Shown here: in pieces, positions 18,126-27,500 of the stretch
How positions within the stretch are numbered: the first letter of the stretch is position 1
How the letters are laid out: each line of letters begins with the position of its first letter
Source: an uncultured Gammaproteobacteria bacterium
Lineage (GTDB): Bacteria; Pseudomonadota; Gammaproteobacteria; Steroidobacterales; Rariloculaceae
DNA: 64,000 nucleotides
Reading direction: 5' to 3'
Assembly: GCA_964457725.1 (NCBI GenBank)
Contig: CAYWGQ010000002.1
Span: 45,023 to 109,022, forward strand
The notes under the pieces: generated by a model
What the model was told of the DNA's origin: nothing
Databases searched by the model: none
What the model saw: the letters and a program-made list of their open reading frames with translations, nothing else
Program-made: the position numbers and the translations under genes

Positions 18126-19658
18126 TCACCGCCGCAGCAACCGCCCGACCAACCGGCCCGCGCCGAGCAATTGCCGCAGCGGCCGCCGCCAGGGCCGCTT
18201 CTCGGCCGTGCCCCGCAGCACCCGCACCCAGCGTGCACGCTGCGCCTCGTCGATCGATGCCTCGATCCGCCGCCACAGAAGGTCGAGGTTCTCGGGCGGC
18301 GTGCGGTCGAGGCGCATCGGGACGATCGCGTCGTGCTCGACGCCGAGCTCAGCGGCAAGCGCGTCGATCGCCGCGGCGACGGGCTCGTCCGCCGGTCGCG
18401 GCGAATCGGCAGAAGAGGGCGCCGTCCAGTCGGCCGCTCCGGCGAGGCGATCGACATGGGTGGCCGCGACGATGACGGGCGGCGCGCGCCGCTGCGGGTT
18501 CGCGGCGAACCGGGCGCGCAGCGCCTCGAGCGCAGCGCGATCGAGCACGGGGGCCTCCTGTATCGCGGTGACCCAGATCACGAGATCGCAGGCGAACGCG
18601 CGTTTCACGAACTCGACCGTGCTCTGCTCGTCGTCGATGCCGGGCGAGTCGATCAGATAGGCGGGCGGCAGATCCGCGTCGCGAAGCTCGTAGCCTTGGA
18701 AGGCGGCCGTGAACGGCTTGACCTCGACGTCGCCGCCGATCGCGCCGAGCATCGCCCGGACGAGCGTCGACTTGCCGGCGTGCGTGCGGCCCGCGACCAG
18801 CATCCGCAACGATCCGGGCGGTGCGACCGCGGTGGCCGCGCCCTTCAGCCCCTCGGACGCGGCCTCGCGCTCGAGCGCTTCCGCGTCGACCCGCAGGCGC
18901 CCGGAGTAGAGCTCGATCGCTGCACGGCCGACCTCCTCGATCCACAGCCGCACGATGCGCCGCCGCACATTGCTCTGCACCGTGTCGAGCAAGTCGCCGA
19001 GCAGATGGTCGCGCACCTCGGCCGCGACCGCGTGCAGCGGGCTCACCGCACGCGCGATGCGGACGACGGAGTAGAGTCTGCGGCCGTGCTCGACGCCGGC
19101 CGCGATCAACGGCCGGTAACCCCAGGCGCGAATCAGCGATCGCGCCCGGAGGCGGTGCGACAGCGGCACGTGCTCGAGCAGCGTCAGCCGCAAGCGTGCG
19201 CTGACCCGCTCGGTGAGCAGCAACAGCTCCGGCAGCGTGAACTCGAGCGCCGGCTCGGCGTGCTCCGGATGGTAGTGCCGCGCGACCTCCTTCAGCGTCC
19301 GCTCGGCCGCGGCCACCATGCGGCGGTGGTCGTCGAGCATGTCGGGATCCGCCTCGTCCGAGAGCCGCCGTACCGCGCGCCAGGCCGCCTGCTCCTGCGG
19401 CGCCCACGTCGGATCGGGGGCCGTGATCGCGTGGTCGTCCGGTGCGGCAGGTGTGCGCTTCGGCCGATGCCGGAGCCGCAACGAGCCCCATGCGAGTAGC
19501 GTGAGCGTCGCCGCGCCGAACAGATACGGGAACAGCCAGCCGCGCTCGGTGAGCCAGGCGAGCCCGGCGACGAACAGCAGGACCAGCGGCATGAGCAGCA
19601 CGGCGACTGCCGTGATCTCGAACCACCACTTGGGCAGGATGCGACGGCGACTCCGCAT
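18126..19658 (-). CDS. membrane-anchored P-loop GTPase-domain protein
   Basis: ATG at 19658 (MRSRRRILPKWWFE). Two N-terminal hydrophobic segments. G1 is GRTHAGKST, G3 is DSPG, and ATHVD is G4-like. The track ORF extension to 20216 overlaps the YkgJ gene and is rejected. Confidence 0.65.
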   Translation of the reverse strand: MRSRRRILPKWWFEITAVAVLLMPLVLLFVAGLAWLTERGWLFPYLFGAATLTLLAWGSLRLRHRPKRTPAAPDDHAITAPDPTWAPQEQAAWRAVRRLSDEADPDMLDDHRRMVAAAERTLKEVARHYHPEHAEPALEFTLPELLLLTERVSARLRLTLLEHVPLSHRLRARSLIRAWGYRPLIAAGVEHGRRLYSVVRIARAVSPLHAVAAEVRDHLLGDLLDTVQSNVRRRIVRLWIEEVGRAAIELYSGRLRVDAEALEREAASEGLKGAATAVAPPGSLRMLVAGRTHAGKSTLVRAMLGAIGGDVEVKPFTAAFQGYELRDADLPPAYLIDSPGIDDEQSTVEFVKRAFACDLVIWVTAIQEAPVLDRAALEALRARFAANPQRRAPPVIVAATHVDRLAGAADWTAPSSADSPRPADEPVAAAIDALAAELGVEHDAIVPMRLDRTPPENLDLLWRRIEASIDEAQRARWVRVLRGTAEKRPWRRPLRQLLGAGRLVGRLLRR

Positions 19659-19855
19659 GACGGTGCAGTGTCGCAGATCGACGCGCGTCGGGGGTTCTTG
19701 CAGAGCCGAAAACAACCGTTGTCGGGAGGAGGGGAGGTGCGATTGCGGTTGGCGCTCGCCGCCACGCTCGGGATCTCGTCCGCGGCGCAGCGCGGACACG
19801 CTCGCTCGCCCCCGACGAGCACGAGCGGCCGTCCCGCCGCTCTTGCCGAGAAAGG

Positions 19856-20227
19856 TCAGGCGCTGACCGGCCGCGGCTCCGGCCGCGAGCTCGGGGGCGT
19901 CAGCGGCGGCAGGCCGTGCGCCGCGCGCGCCCGATCGCAACCATCGCTCGGCCCGCCGCCGTGCCACGATGCTTCGAGCTCCCGGCACGGTGTCGGCCGC
20001 TTCTCGTAGATCGTGCAGCGCACGTCGACGCCGACTTGCCCTTCGAGCGCGATGCAGCGAGGCGCCGAGCCGCCGCACGTGCCGCGCATCGCGACGCGGT
20101 GCGGTGTGATCTTCTCGGTGAGCTCCGGCGGGGTGACGCCGCCGAGGAAGCGCTCGGTCTCGCTCCAATGGAACGACACGCGATAGTGCGCGCAGCACGC
20201 GCCGCACGTGAGGCATGGATTCGTCAT
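19856..20227 (-). CDS. YkgJ-family cysteine-cluster protein
   Basis: ATG at 20227 gives 123 aa starting MTNPCLTCGACC (CxxCxxCC), with further Cys at RGTCGG, PRCIAL, VRCTIY and PTPC. Confidence 0.7.
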   Translation of the reverse strand: MTNPCLTCGACCAHYRVSFHWSETERFLGGVTPPELTEKITPHRVAMRGTCGGSAPRCIALEGQVGVDVRCTIYEKRPTPCRELEASWHGGGPSDGCDRARAAHGLPPLTPPSSRPEPRPVSA

Positions 20228-20328
20228 CGGGGTCAGCGGCCGTCGAGCCCGCCAGGCGGGCGCGCGATTGTGCGGCGCTTCGGCAGACGGAATCAACGGG
20301 GCGACGAGGCGCCCCGAAACGCGGCGCG

Positions 20329-20352
20329 TTTAACCGTTAGGAAACGGTTAAA
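20329..20352. promoter_or_regulatory. perfect 10-bp inverted repeat TTTAACCGTT-AGGA-AACGGTTAAA in a divergent intergenic region
   Basis: Read directly from the sequence. It is an AT-rich palindrome between the YkgJ start (20227, minus strand) and the cytochrome c'-like start (20411, plus strand). Confidence 0.5.
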
Positions 20353-20410
20353 GACTGCGATGCGCTGCAGACGGTCGCTACACTTGGCCGTGGACCACCG
20401 GAGGCGAACG

Positions 20411-20917
20411 ATGCACCCTTCAACGCTCGACGAGGCCTTCCCGTTCACGCGCACGCTCCGGCGCGCATGCAAGCCGCTCGCGGCCGCTGCCGGGCTCGCG
20501 CTGCTCGCCGCCGCGCCGCACGCGCAGCAGAGCCGCCCGCCCGCGGACGGACGGCCGCTCGTGACGATCAAGGAGCTGATGGAGAAGACCATCACGCCCG
20601 CGACGAACACGCTGTGGGCCGCGTACGAGCCGCCGACGTCCGAGGAGCAGTGGCTCGCGCTCGAGGAAGCCGCGATCACTCTGCTCGCGGCTGCGAACGT
20701 CGTCGCGCTCGGCGGCACCGGGCCGATGGACATGCAATGGGCGAAGGAGCCGGCCTGGCGAGCCTACAACGAGGCGATGACGAACGCGGGCTTCGACGCG
20801 CTCGAAGCGATCCGGGCGCGCGACCACGACGCGCTGCTCGCCGCGGGCGACGTCCTCTATCCGCCCTGCGAGGGCTGCCACCTCCAGTTCAACCCCGGCG
20901 TCGTGAACGCGCAATAA
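20411..20917 (+). CDS. cytochrome c'-like (class II) c-type cytochrome
   Basis: 168 aa with a signal peptide. A single CEGCH (CxxCH) motif lies 13 residues from the C-terminus, and the upstream sequence is helix-rich, which is the class II cytochrome c layout. Confidence 0.55.
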   Translation: MHPSTLDEAFPFTRTLRRACKPLAAAAGLALLAAAPHAQQSRPPADGRPLVTIKELMEKTITPATNTLWAAYEPPTSEEQWLALEEAAITLLAAANVVALGGTGPMDMQWAKEPAWRAYNEAMTNAGFDALEAIRARDHDALLAAGDVLYPPCEGCHLQFNPGVVNAQ

Positions 20918-21024
20918 CGGGCGTTCGCGCCGGCTCCCGGCGCGCTGCGGTTACACTTACGGCGCTTCAGGCGGCGGTGCGCGCCGCAGTGACTCGCTAT
21001 CCGCGCGGCGGAGGAGACGACGAA

Positions 21025-21951
21025 GTGCCTGCCTGTTCCCGCAGAACCTTGCTGGCGGCGGCCGTGCGCGGCGCGGCGGGGGCGGCGCTCGGCGCCGCGC
21101 TGCCGATCCGTTTGCCGGCCCAACCGGCCGAGGACGTGATCGATCTCGGCCGCGGCTTCCACGTCCTCACGCTCGACGGTAACAACGTGCTCGCGGTTGC
21201 GGCGGGCGACGGGCTCGCGCTGGTCGACGGCGGCACCGCCGCGCAGTCGCCGCGATTCCTCGAGCTCGCCGCCGCGTTGCCGGGCGGGAGACCGGTGCGG
21301 ACGCTGTTCAACACGCACTGGCATCCGGAGCAGACGGGCTCGAACGAGGCGCTCGGCCGGGCGGGCGCCGCGATCGTCGCGCACGTGAACACCCGGCTCT
21401 GGCTCACGACGGACGTCACCTGGCCGTGGAACGACGTCACCGTGGAGCCGTTGCCGGAGGTCGCGTGGCCGAGCCGCACGTTCTTCGACCGGGAGACGGT
21501 CGCGCTCGGCGACAAGCGCGTCGAGTGCGGGCACCTCAGGGATTGCCCGCACACGGACGGCGACATGTACGTGTTCTTCCCGGAAGACAACGTGATGGCC
21601 GTCGGCGGTGCCGTGACGGGGGCCGGTTGGCCGGACATCGATTGGTGGACCGGCGGCTGGATCGGCGGCATCGTCGGCGGGCTCGACATGATCCTGACCG
21701 TCGCGAACGAGGACACGCGGTTCGTGCCCGCGACCGGCCCGGTGCTCGACCGGCCGGCGCTCGTCACTCAGTATCGGATGTACAGCGCGATCTGGGAGCG
21801 GCTCGCACGGGTGCTCTACAGCGGCGGCGGCACGGAGGAAGCGCTCGCGGCCGCGCCGACGAAGGAATTCGACGACATAATGGGCGACCCGGACGCCTTC
21901 GTGCGCCGGGCGTTCCAAAGCCTCTGGGCGTACCTGTCCCCGGATGCCTAA
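21025..21951 (+). CDS. MBL-fold metallo-hydrolase with Tat-like signal
   Basis: A GTG at 21025 follows GGAGGAGACGACGAA. Contains the SRRTLL motif, NTHWHPEQTGSN at the HxHxDH position, and HTDGDMYVFF. It is a paralog of 41093..42016. Confidence 0.75.
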   Translation: MPACSRRTLLAAAVRGAAGAALGAALPIRLPAQPAEDVIDLGRGFHVLTLDGNNVLAVAAGDGLALVDGGTAAQSPRFLELAAALPGGRPVRTLFNTHWHPEQTGSNEALGRAGAAIVAHVNTRLWLTTDVTWPWNDVTVEPLPEVAWPSRTFFDRETVALGDKRVECGHLRDCPHTDGDMYVFFPEDNVMAVGGAVTGAGWPDIDWWTGGWIGGIVGGLDMILTVANEDTRFVPATGPVLDRPALVTQYRMYSAIWERLARVLYSGGGTEEALAAAPTKEFDDIMGDPDAFVRRAFQSLWAYLSPDA

Positions 21952-22020
21952 GTTTTGTCCGCGGGACGCCGACTTGCGCTCAGGGTCGGTAAAATGGGCG
22001 GGCCAACGGGGACGGAGCCT

Positions 22021-24429
22021 ATGATCCGACGGGTCGGACTGATCGCCTCGCTGCTCGCCGCTGCCGCGTGCGGCAGGCTCGGCGAGGAAGCGTCGCTCGC
22101 GGAGGCGGGTCAGCGCGAGTGGGCAACGGTCGAGCGGTACTGCACCGACTGCCACGACAGCGCCGAGCGCGCGGGCGGCCTCGCCCTCGATCGCCTCGGT
22201 CCGGAATCGGTCGCCGAGCACGCCGAGACGTTCGAGACCGCCGTTCGCAAGCTGCGCGGGCGGCTGATGCCCCCGGCGAACGAGCCTCGTCCGACCGAGG
22301 AGCAATACGCGAGCCTGATCGGCTGGCTCGAGGCGGCGCTCGATCGGGCGGCCGCGGAGTATCGCGGCGCGCCGGCGATTCCGCCGCATCGCCTGAACCG
22401 CAAGGAGTACGCCAACGCCGTCCGCGACCTGCTCGCGGTCGAGATCGATCCGGCCGAGCTCCTGCCTCAGGACGAGGTCGTCGAGCACTTCGACAACATC
22501 GCATCGGGGCTGCTGGTCTCGCCTTCTTTCATCGAGCAGTACGTCGGGGCCGCGCGAGCGGTCGCCGTGCGCGCGGTCGGCCGGCCCGACGCGCGGGCCG
22601 GCAGCCAGACCTACACGGCGGGACCCGGCAATCAGCACACGCACGTCAAAGGGCTGCCGCTCGGCACGCGCGGCGGCATGGTGGTCGAGCATTACTTCCC
22701 GTCGGACGGCGAGTACGTGATCAACATCGCCGACATGGCGAGCCACATCTGGGGCAACGACATGGAGTTCGAGAACGCCGTCGTCGTGACCCTCGACGGG
22801 ACGCCGATTTACGAGACGATCGTCGGCGGCGAAGACGACATGCGCGCCTACGACCAGATCCAGGACGGCGTGATGGAGCAGATCAACGCGCGGCTGAAGG
22901 ACATCCGCTTCGCCGCGACCGCAGGTCCCCACAAGGTCGGCGTCACGTTTCGCCGGCGGTCGTTCGCCGAATCCGATGATCAGCTGCAGATGTTCGTGCC
23001 GGGCGGCGGCCAGGATCGGGTGTACCGCGTGAGCTCGTTCGAGATCAGCGGTCCGTTCAATCCGAGCGGGCTGTCTCCGACGCCGAGCCGCGAGCGGATC
23101 TTCAGCTGTCATCCCGAGCGCGGCGACGACGCGGAGCTCTGCGCCGAGGAGATCCTGACCCGGCTCGGAACCCGCGCGTATCGGCGGCCGCTCGGCGAGG
23201 GCGATCTCGCCGACCTGCTCGCCTACTATCGCGACGGCTACGCGAGCGGCGGCTTCGAGGAGGGCATCCGCAGCGCGATCACCGGCATTCTCGCAAGCCC
23301 GTTTTTCCTCTATCGGGTCGAGCAGCCGCCCGCGCACGCGCGTCCCGGCGACGTCTACGAGATCGACGACCTCGAGCTCGCGTCGAAGCTGTCGTTCTTC
23401 CTGTGGAACTCGATTCCGGATCAGGCGTTGCTCGAGCTCGCGATTCGCGGCGAGCTAGGCGACGAGCGAACGCTTCGAGCGCAGGTCGAGCGGATGCTGA
23501 AAGACCCGCGCGCCGAGACGCTCGCGAGCAACTTCATGCATCAGTGGCTCGACATGAAGCGCCTCGAGGAGGTGGAGCCGGATCGCTCGATCTTCCCGTA
23601 CGCGTCCGGGCGCGGCGATCCGCGCGAGGACTACCTGACCGAGTTCACGCTCTTCGCGCAGAGCATCTTCGAGGAGGACCGCAGCATCCTCGACCTGATG
23701 ACCGCGAAGCACACCTATTTGAACGAGCGCGTCGCGCTGCTCTACGGCGTGCGCGACGTGAAGGGCGACAAGTTCCGCCGCGTCGAGCTCGAGGATTCCA
23801 CGCGTTGGGGGCTGCTCGGCAAGGGTGCCGTGCTGATGGCGGCCGCGTACCCGAACCGCACGTCGCCGGTGCTGCGCGGCGCGTTCATTCTCGAGCACAT
23901 CAGCGGCACGCCGCCGGCGCCGCCGCCGCCGAACGTGGAGGCGTTTCCGGAGGCCGAGATCGGCACCGAGCAGGCGCGCACGGTCCGGGAGATCATGGCG
24001 CAGCATCGCGCGAACCCGAACTGCAACGGCTGTCACGGCGTCATGGATGCGCTCGGCTTCGCGCTCGAGAATTTCGATGCCGTCGCCGTCTGGCGCGACA
24101 AGGACCGCTACGCGGGAACGCCGATCGACTCGACCGCGGAGCTTCCGGACGGCAGCGTCGTGACCGGTCCCGACGACCTGCGCGAGGCGCTGCTGCGCCG
24201 CCCGGAGCAGTTCGTGCAGACCTTCGTCGAGGGGCTCCTGAAGTACGCCCTAGGGCGCACGCTCGACTACACCGATATGCCGGCCGTGCGGGCGATCGTG
24301 CGCGAGGCCGCGAAAGACGACTACCGCTTCTCGTCGATTCTTTGGCAGGTCGTGATCAGCGAGCCGTTCCGGCTGCGGCGCGTGCCCGACGCGCCGGTCG
24401 TGACGGCGCAGGCGGAAACCGCTCCGTAA
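22021..24429 (+). CDS. DUF1592/DUF1595/DUF1587/DUF1588/DUF1585-type protein with two CxxCH motifs
   Basis: 802 aa. Has an N-terminal CTDCH followed by GGLALD, and a C-terminal CNGCH. The strings SFFLWNS, FMHQWL and NRTSPVLRG are typical of the family. Confidence 0.8.
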   Translation: MIRRVGLIASLLAAAACGRLGEEASLAEAGQREWATVERYCTDCHDSAERAGGLALDRLGPESVAEHAETFETAVRKLRGRLMPPANEPRPTEEQYASLIGWLEAALDRAAAEYRGAPAIPPHRLNRKEYANAVRDLLAVEIDPAELLPQDEVVEHFDNIASGLLVSPSFIEQYVGAARAVAVRAVGRPDARAGSQTYTAGPGNQHTHVKGLPLGTRGGMVVEHYFPSDGEYVINIADMASHIWGNDMEFENAVVVTLDGTPIYETIVGGEDDMRAYDQIQDGVMEQINARLKDIRFAATAGPHKVGVTFRRRSFAESDDQLQMFVPGGGQDRVYRVSSFEISGPFNPSGLSPTPSRERIFSCHPERGDDAELCAEEILTRLGTRAYRRPLGEGDLADLLAYYRDGYASGGFEEGIRSAITGILASPFFLYRVEQPPAHARPGDVYEIDDLELASKLSFFLWNSIPDQALLELAIRGELGDERTLRAQVERMLKDPRAETLASNFMHQWLDMKRLEEVEPDRSIFPYASGRGDPREDYLTEFTLFAQSIFEEDRSILDLMTAKHTYLNERVALLYGVRDVKGDKFRRVELEDSTRWGLLGKGAVLMAAAYPNRTSPVLRGAFILEHISGTPPAPPPPNVEAFPEAEIGTEQARTVREIMAQHRANPNCNGCHGVMDALGFALENFDAVAVWRDKDRYAGTPIDSTAELPDGSVVTGPDDLREALLRRPEQFVQTFVEGLLKYALGRTLDYTDMPAVRAIVREAAKDDYRFSSILWQVVISEPFRLRRVPDAPVVTAQAETAP

Positions 24430-24488
24430 TTTGCTATATAGAGAGTGAGCCCGCGCGGAAGGCGACTCGAGCGGGAGGGGAGAGAGGC

Positions 24489-25772
24489 ATGTATCTGACG
24501 AAAAAGCATCTGTCGCGTCGAACGGTGCTCCGGGGCGCGGGCGCCGCGATCGCACTGCCGCTCCTGGACGCGATGGTGCCGGCCGGCGTCGCATGGGCCA
24601 ACACGGCCGCGAAGACACCGCACCGGCTCGTGTTCGTCGGCTTCCCGCACGGTGCGGTGATGCGGCTGTGGTCGCCGGAGGAAACCGGCCGCGACTACAC
24701 GATGTCGCCGATCCTCGAGCCGCTCGCGAAGTACCGCGATTCGATGACGATCGTCTCGGGCTTGAGGAACAAGCCGGCCGAAAGCCCCGAGCCGCACGAG
24801 ATCATCGAGCGGACGTGGCTTTCCTGCGTTTCGCCGCAGGACGCGGGCGTCATCGCTCCCGACGCGGGCGTCACCGCCGATCAGCTCGCGGCACGCTACA
24901 TCGGCCAGGATACCCGGCTGCCGTCGCTCGAGCTGACGACCGCGCTGCGCGGGGCGCAGCTGTCCTGGCGCACGCCGACCCAGTCGTTGCCGCAGGAGGT
25001 CAATCCGCGCGCAGTCTTCTACAGGCTGTTCGGCCAGGGCGACACCGAGGAAGAACGCCGGGCGATCATGCACGAAACGGGCAGCATCCTCGATCGGGTG
25101 CAGGCCCAGGCCGCGCGATTGCAGGCGACGCTCGGCGCGCAGGACCGCGCTACTGTCGACGAGTACCTCGATTCCGTGCGCGAGATCGAGCGGCGCGTGC
25201 AGATGGCGAGCGAGCAGGACACCTCGGCGCTCGATATCCCGGAAGCGCCGATCGGCGTGCCGAACGACCTCGACGTCCACTTCAAGATGATGTTCGACCT
25301 GATGGCACTCGCGATGCAGGCCGATTTGACGCGCATCATCACGTTCTCGATGGACCGCGAGGCGAGCATGCGTACGTATACGAACGTCGGGATCAACGAG
25401 GCGTTCCATCCGCTCTCGCATCACGGCAACGACCCGGCGAAGCAGGAGCGCCTCGCGCGGATCCAGGTGTATCACACGAGGAAGTTCGCGGATTTCGTCG
25501 AGCGGCTCGCGTCGACGCCGGACGGCGACGGCACGCTGCTCGACAATTCGATGGTCATGTTCGGCAGCAACATGAGCGACAGCAATCGGCACAACAACGA
25601 CCCGTTGCCGATTGCGATCCTCGGCCGCGCGCACGGCCGCATCAAGGGCGGCCAGCATCTTCGCTACCCGCAGGACTCGCGGTTCGCCGATCTGCTGCTG
25701 ACCGTCCTCGAGCGCACCGAGATTCCGATCGAGTCGATCGGCGACAGCGGCGGCACGTTCGCGGAGGTGTGA
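24489..25772 (+). CDS. DUF1552-domain protein (Tat signal)
   Basis: 427 aa. Contains LSRRTVLRGAGAAIALPLLDAM and a C-terminal FGSNMSDSNRHNNDPLP. It directly follows the DUF1592 gene, which is the usual pairing. Confidence 0.8.
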   Translation: MYLTKKHLSRRTVLRGAGAAIALPLLDAMVPAGVAWANTAAKTPHRLVFVGFPHGAVMRLWSPEETGRDYTMSPILEPLAKYRDSMTIVSGLRNKPAESPEPHEIIERTWLSCVSPQDAGVIAPDAGVTADQLAARYIGQDTRLPSLELTTALRGAQLSWRTPTQSLPQEVNPRAVFYRLFGQGDTEEERRAIMHETGSILDRVQAQAARLQATLGAQDRATVDEYLDSVREIERRVQMASEQDTSALDIPEAPIGVPNDLDVHFKMMFDLMALAMQADLTRIITFSMDREASMRTYTNVGINEAFHPLSHHGNDPAKQERLARIQVYHTRKFADFVERLASTPDGDGTLLDNSMVMFGSNMSDSNRHNNDPLPIAILGRAHGRIKGGQHLRYPQDSRFADLLLTVLERTEIPIESIGDSGGTFAEV

Positions 25773-25776
25773 TTCG

Positions 25777-27390
25777 ATGAGGCTCCGCCTCGCGGGCATC
25801 GCGGTTCTCGCGGCCGTGGCGGCGGCACCGCTCGCCGCGGCCGAGCGCTCCCTCGTGAGCGCGGCCGAGGACGGCGATCGCCCGGCCGCCATCGCGCTCT
25901 TGCGGGAGGGGGCGGATCCGGACGTCCGCGGGCCGGACGGCTCGACCGCGTTGATGTGGGCCGCCTATCACGGCGACCTCGAGCTCGTGCAGCAGCTGCT
26001 CGCCGCCGGCGCGGACCCGAACGCGAAGAACGAGTTCGGCGCGTTCGCACTGTCGGAGGCGGCGATCATCGGCTCGACCCCGATCATCGCGGCGCTGCTC
26101 GAGGCGGGCGCCGATCCGAACGCGACGAATCCCGAGGGCGAGACGGCTCTGATGGCGGTCGCGCGAACGGGCAACGTCGAGGGCGCGAAGCTGCTGCTCG
26201 ACGCGGGCGCGGCAATCGACGCGCGCGAGCGCTGGGGCGGGCAGACGGCGTTGATGTGGGCCGCCGCGCAAGGCCACCCCGAGATGATCCGCTTCCTGAT
26301 CGATCGCGGCGCGGATCCCGACGCAAGGGGGGCCGTCCGCCAGTGGGAGCGGAAGGTCATCAAGGAGCCGCGGCCGAAGGACATGAACCAGGGCGGCTTC
26401 ACGCCGCTCTTGTACGCTGCTCGCGAGGGGTGCATCGAGTGTGCGCGCGCGCTGGTGGAAGGCGGCGCCGACATCGACAAGCCCGATCCGCACCGCGTGA
26501 CGCCGCTGAACATGGCGCTGCTGAATCTGCATTTCGACCTCGCGGTGTACCTGATCGAGGCGGGTGCGGACATCAACAAGTGGGATCTCTACGGCCGGAC
26601 CCCGCTGTACCTCGCGGCCGACACGAGCACGCTGCCGGTCATGGGCAATGGCGCGATGGTCGTGCTGCCGAGCATGGATCGGCACACGGCGCTCGACGTC
26701 GGCCGGCTGCTACTCGAGCGCGGAGCGGACCCGAACATCCAGCTGAAGCGCCGCCCGCCGTATCGCAACGTGCCGCAGGACCGCGGCGGGGACTCTATCC
26801 TGTCGCAAGGCGCGACACCGCTTCTGCGAGCCGCGCGCGCGGGCGACGCGCCGTTCGTGAAGCTGCTGCTCGAGCACGGCGCGCTCGTCGACCTGCCGAG
26901 CAATCAGGGCGTGACACCGCTGATGGCGGCCGCCGGCGTCGAGTTCGGGCTGCGCGTGACGCGCGGCCGCAACCGGACGGACGAGGGCGTGCTCGCGACG
27001 ATGCGGCTCCTGATCGACGCGGGCGCGGATGTCAACGCCCGCATGGTGACCGAGCCGAAGGGAGAATCCGCGGCGCACCTGCTCGTGATCGAGCAGCGCC
27101 TGAGCGACTTCAGCTACGACTACCGCGGTCGGCAGGTGCCGAGCCCGCGTGCGGTGCCGCACAGGACGGCGCTGCACGGCGCGGCGATGAAAGGCTTCAC
27201 GCCGTTCGTCGAGTTTCTCGTCGCGAACGGCGCAGATTTGTACGCGCGTGACGCGCACGGCATGACGCCGCTCGACCTCGCGATGGGCCGCTATGAGGAA
27301 GCCTTTTTGCGCCAGGCCGCCGAGCCGCACGTGGAGACCGTCGCGCTGCTCGAGAAGCTGATGGCCGAGAACCCGCCGCGCAAGGAATAG
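25777..27390 (+). CDS. secreted ankyrin-repeat protein
   Basis: 537 aa with a signal peptide. At least 10 repeats of the type G.TALMWAA..G..E.V..LL.AGADPNA. The start lies 4 nt after the DUF1552 stop. Confidence 0.85.
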   Translation: MRLRLAGIAVLAAVAAAPLAAAERSLVSAAEDGDRPAAIALLREGADPDVRGPDGSTALMWAAYHGDLELVQQLLAAGADPNAKNEFGAFALSEAAIIGSTPIIAALLEAGADPNATNPEGETALMAVARTGNVEGAKLLLDAGAAIDARERWGGQTALMWAAAQGHPEMIRFLIDRGADPDARGAVRQWERKVIKEPRPKDMNQGGFTPLLYAAREGCIECARALVEGGADIDKPDPHRVTPLNMALLNLHFDLAVYLIEAGADINKWDLYGRTPLYLAADTSTLPVMGNGAMVVLPSMDRHTALDVGRLLLERGADPNIQLKRRPPYRNVPQDRGGDSILSQGATPLLRAARAGDAPFVKLLLEHGALVDLPSNQGVTPLMAAAGVEFGLRVTRGRNRTDEGVLATMRLLIDAGADVNARMVTEPKGESAAHLLVIEQRLSDFSYDYRGRQVPSPRAVPHRTALHGAAMKGFTPFVEFLVANGADLYARDAHGMTPLDLAMGRYEEAFLRQAAEPHVETVALLEKLMAENPPRKE

Positions 27391-27500
27391 ACCGACAAGC
27401 ACGGCGCGCGCCGCGCACCCGGCGCGTGCCGCTCAAGGATGTCCGGGCGAACGAACAGCCGCCCGGATGCCGGTGATCCAGTCCTAGAAGGGGGAAATGG

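Noticed and set aside
19659-20216. N-terminal extension of the GTPase ORF to 696 aa
   Set aside because: The extension overlaps the YkgJ gene and is Arg/Ala-rich. MRSRRRILPKWWFE followed by two transmembrane segments is a natural start.
20857-23337. 826 aa minus-strand ORF
   Set aside because: It is antisense to the MBL and DUF1592 genes, has low-complexity Arg/Asp/Ala composition, and has no recognisable domain.
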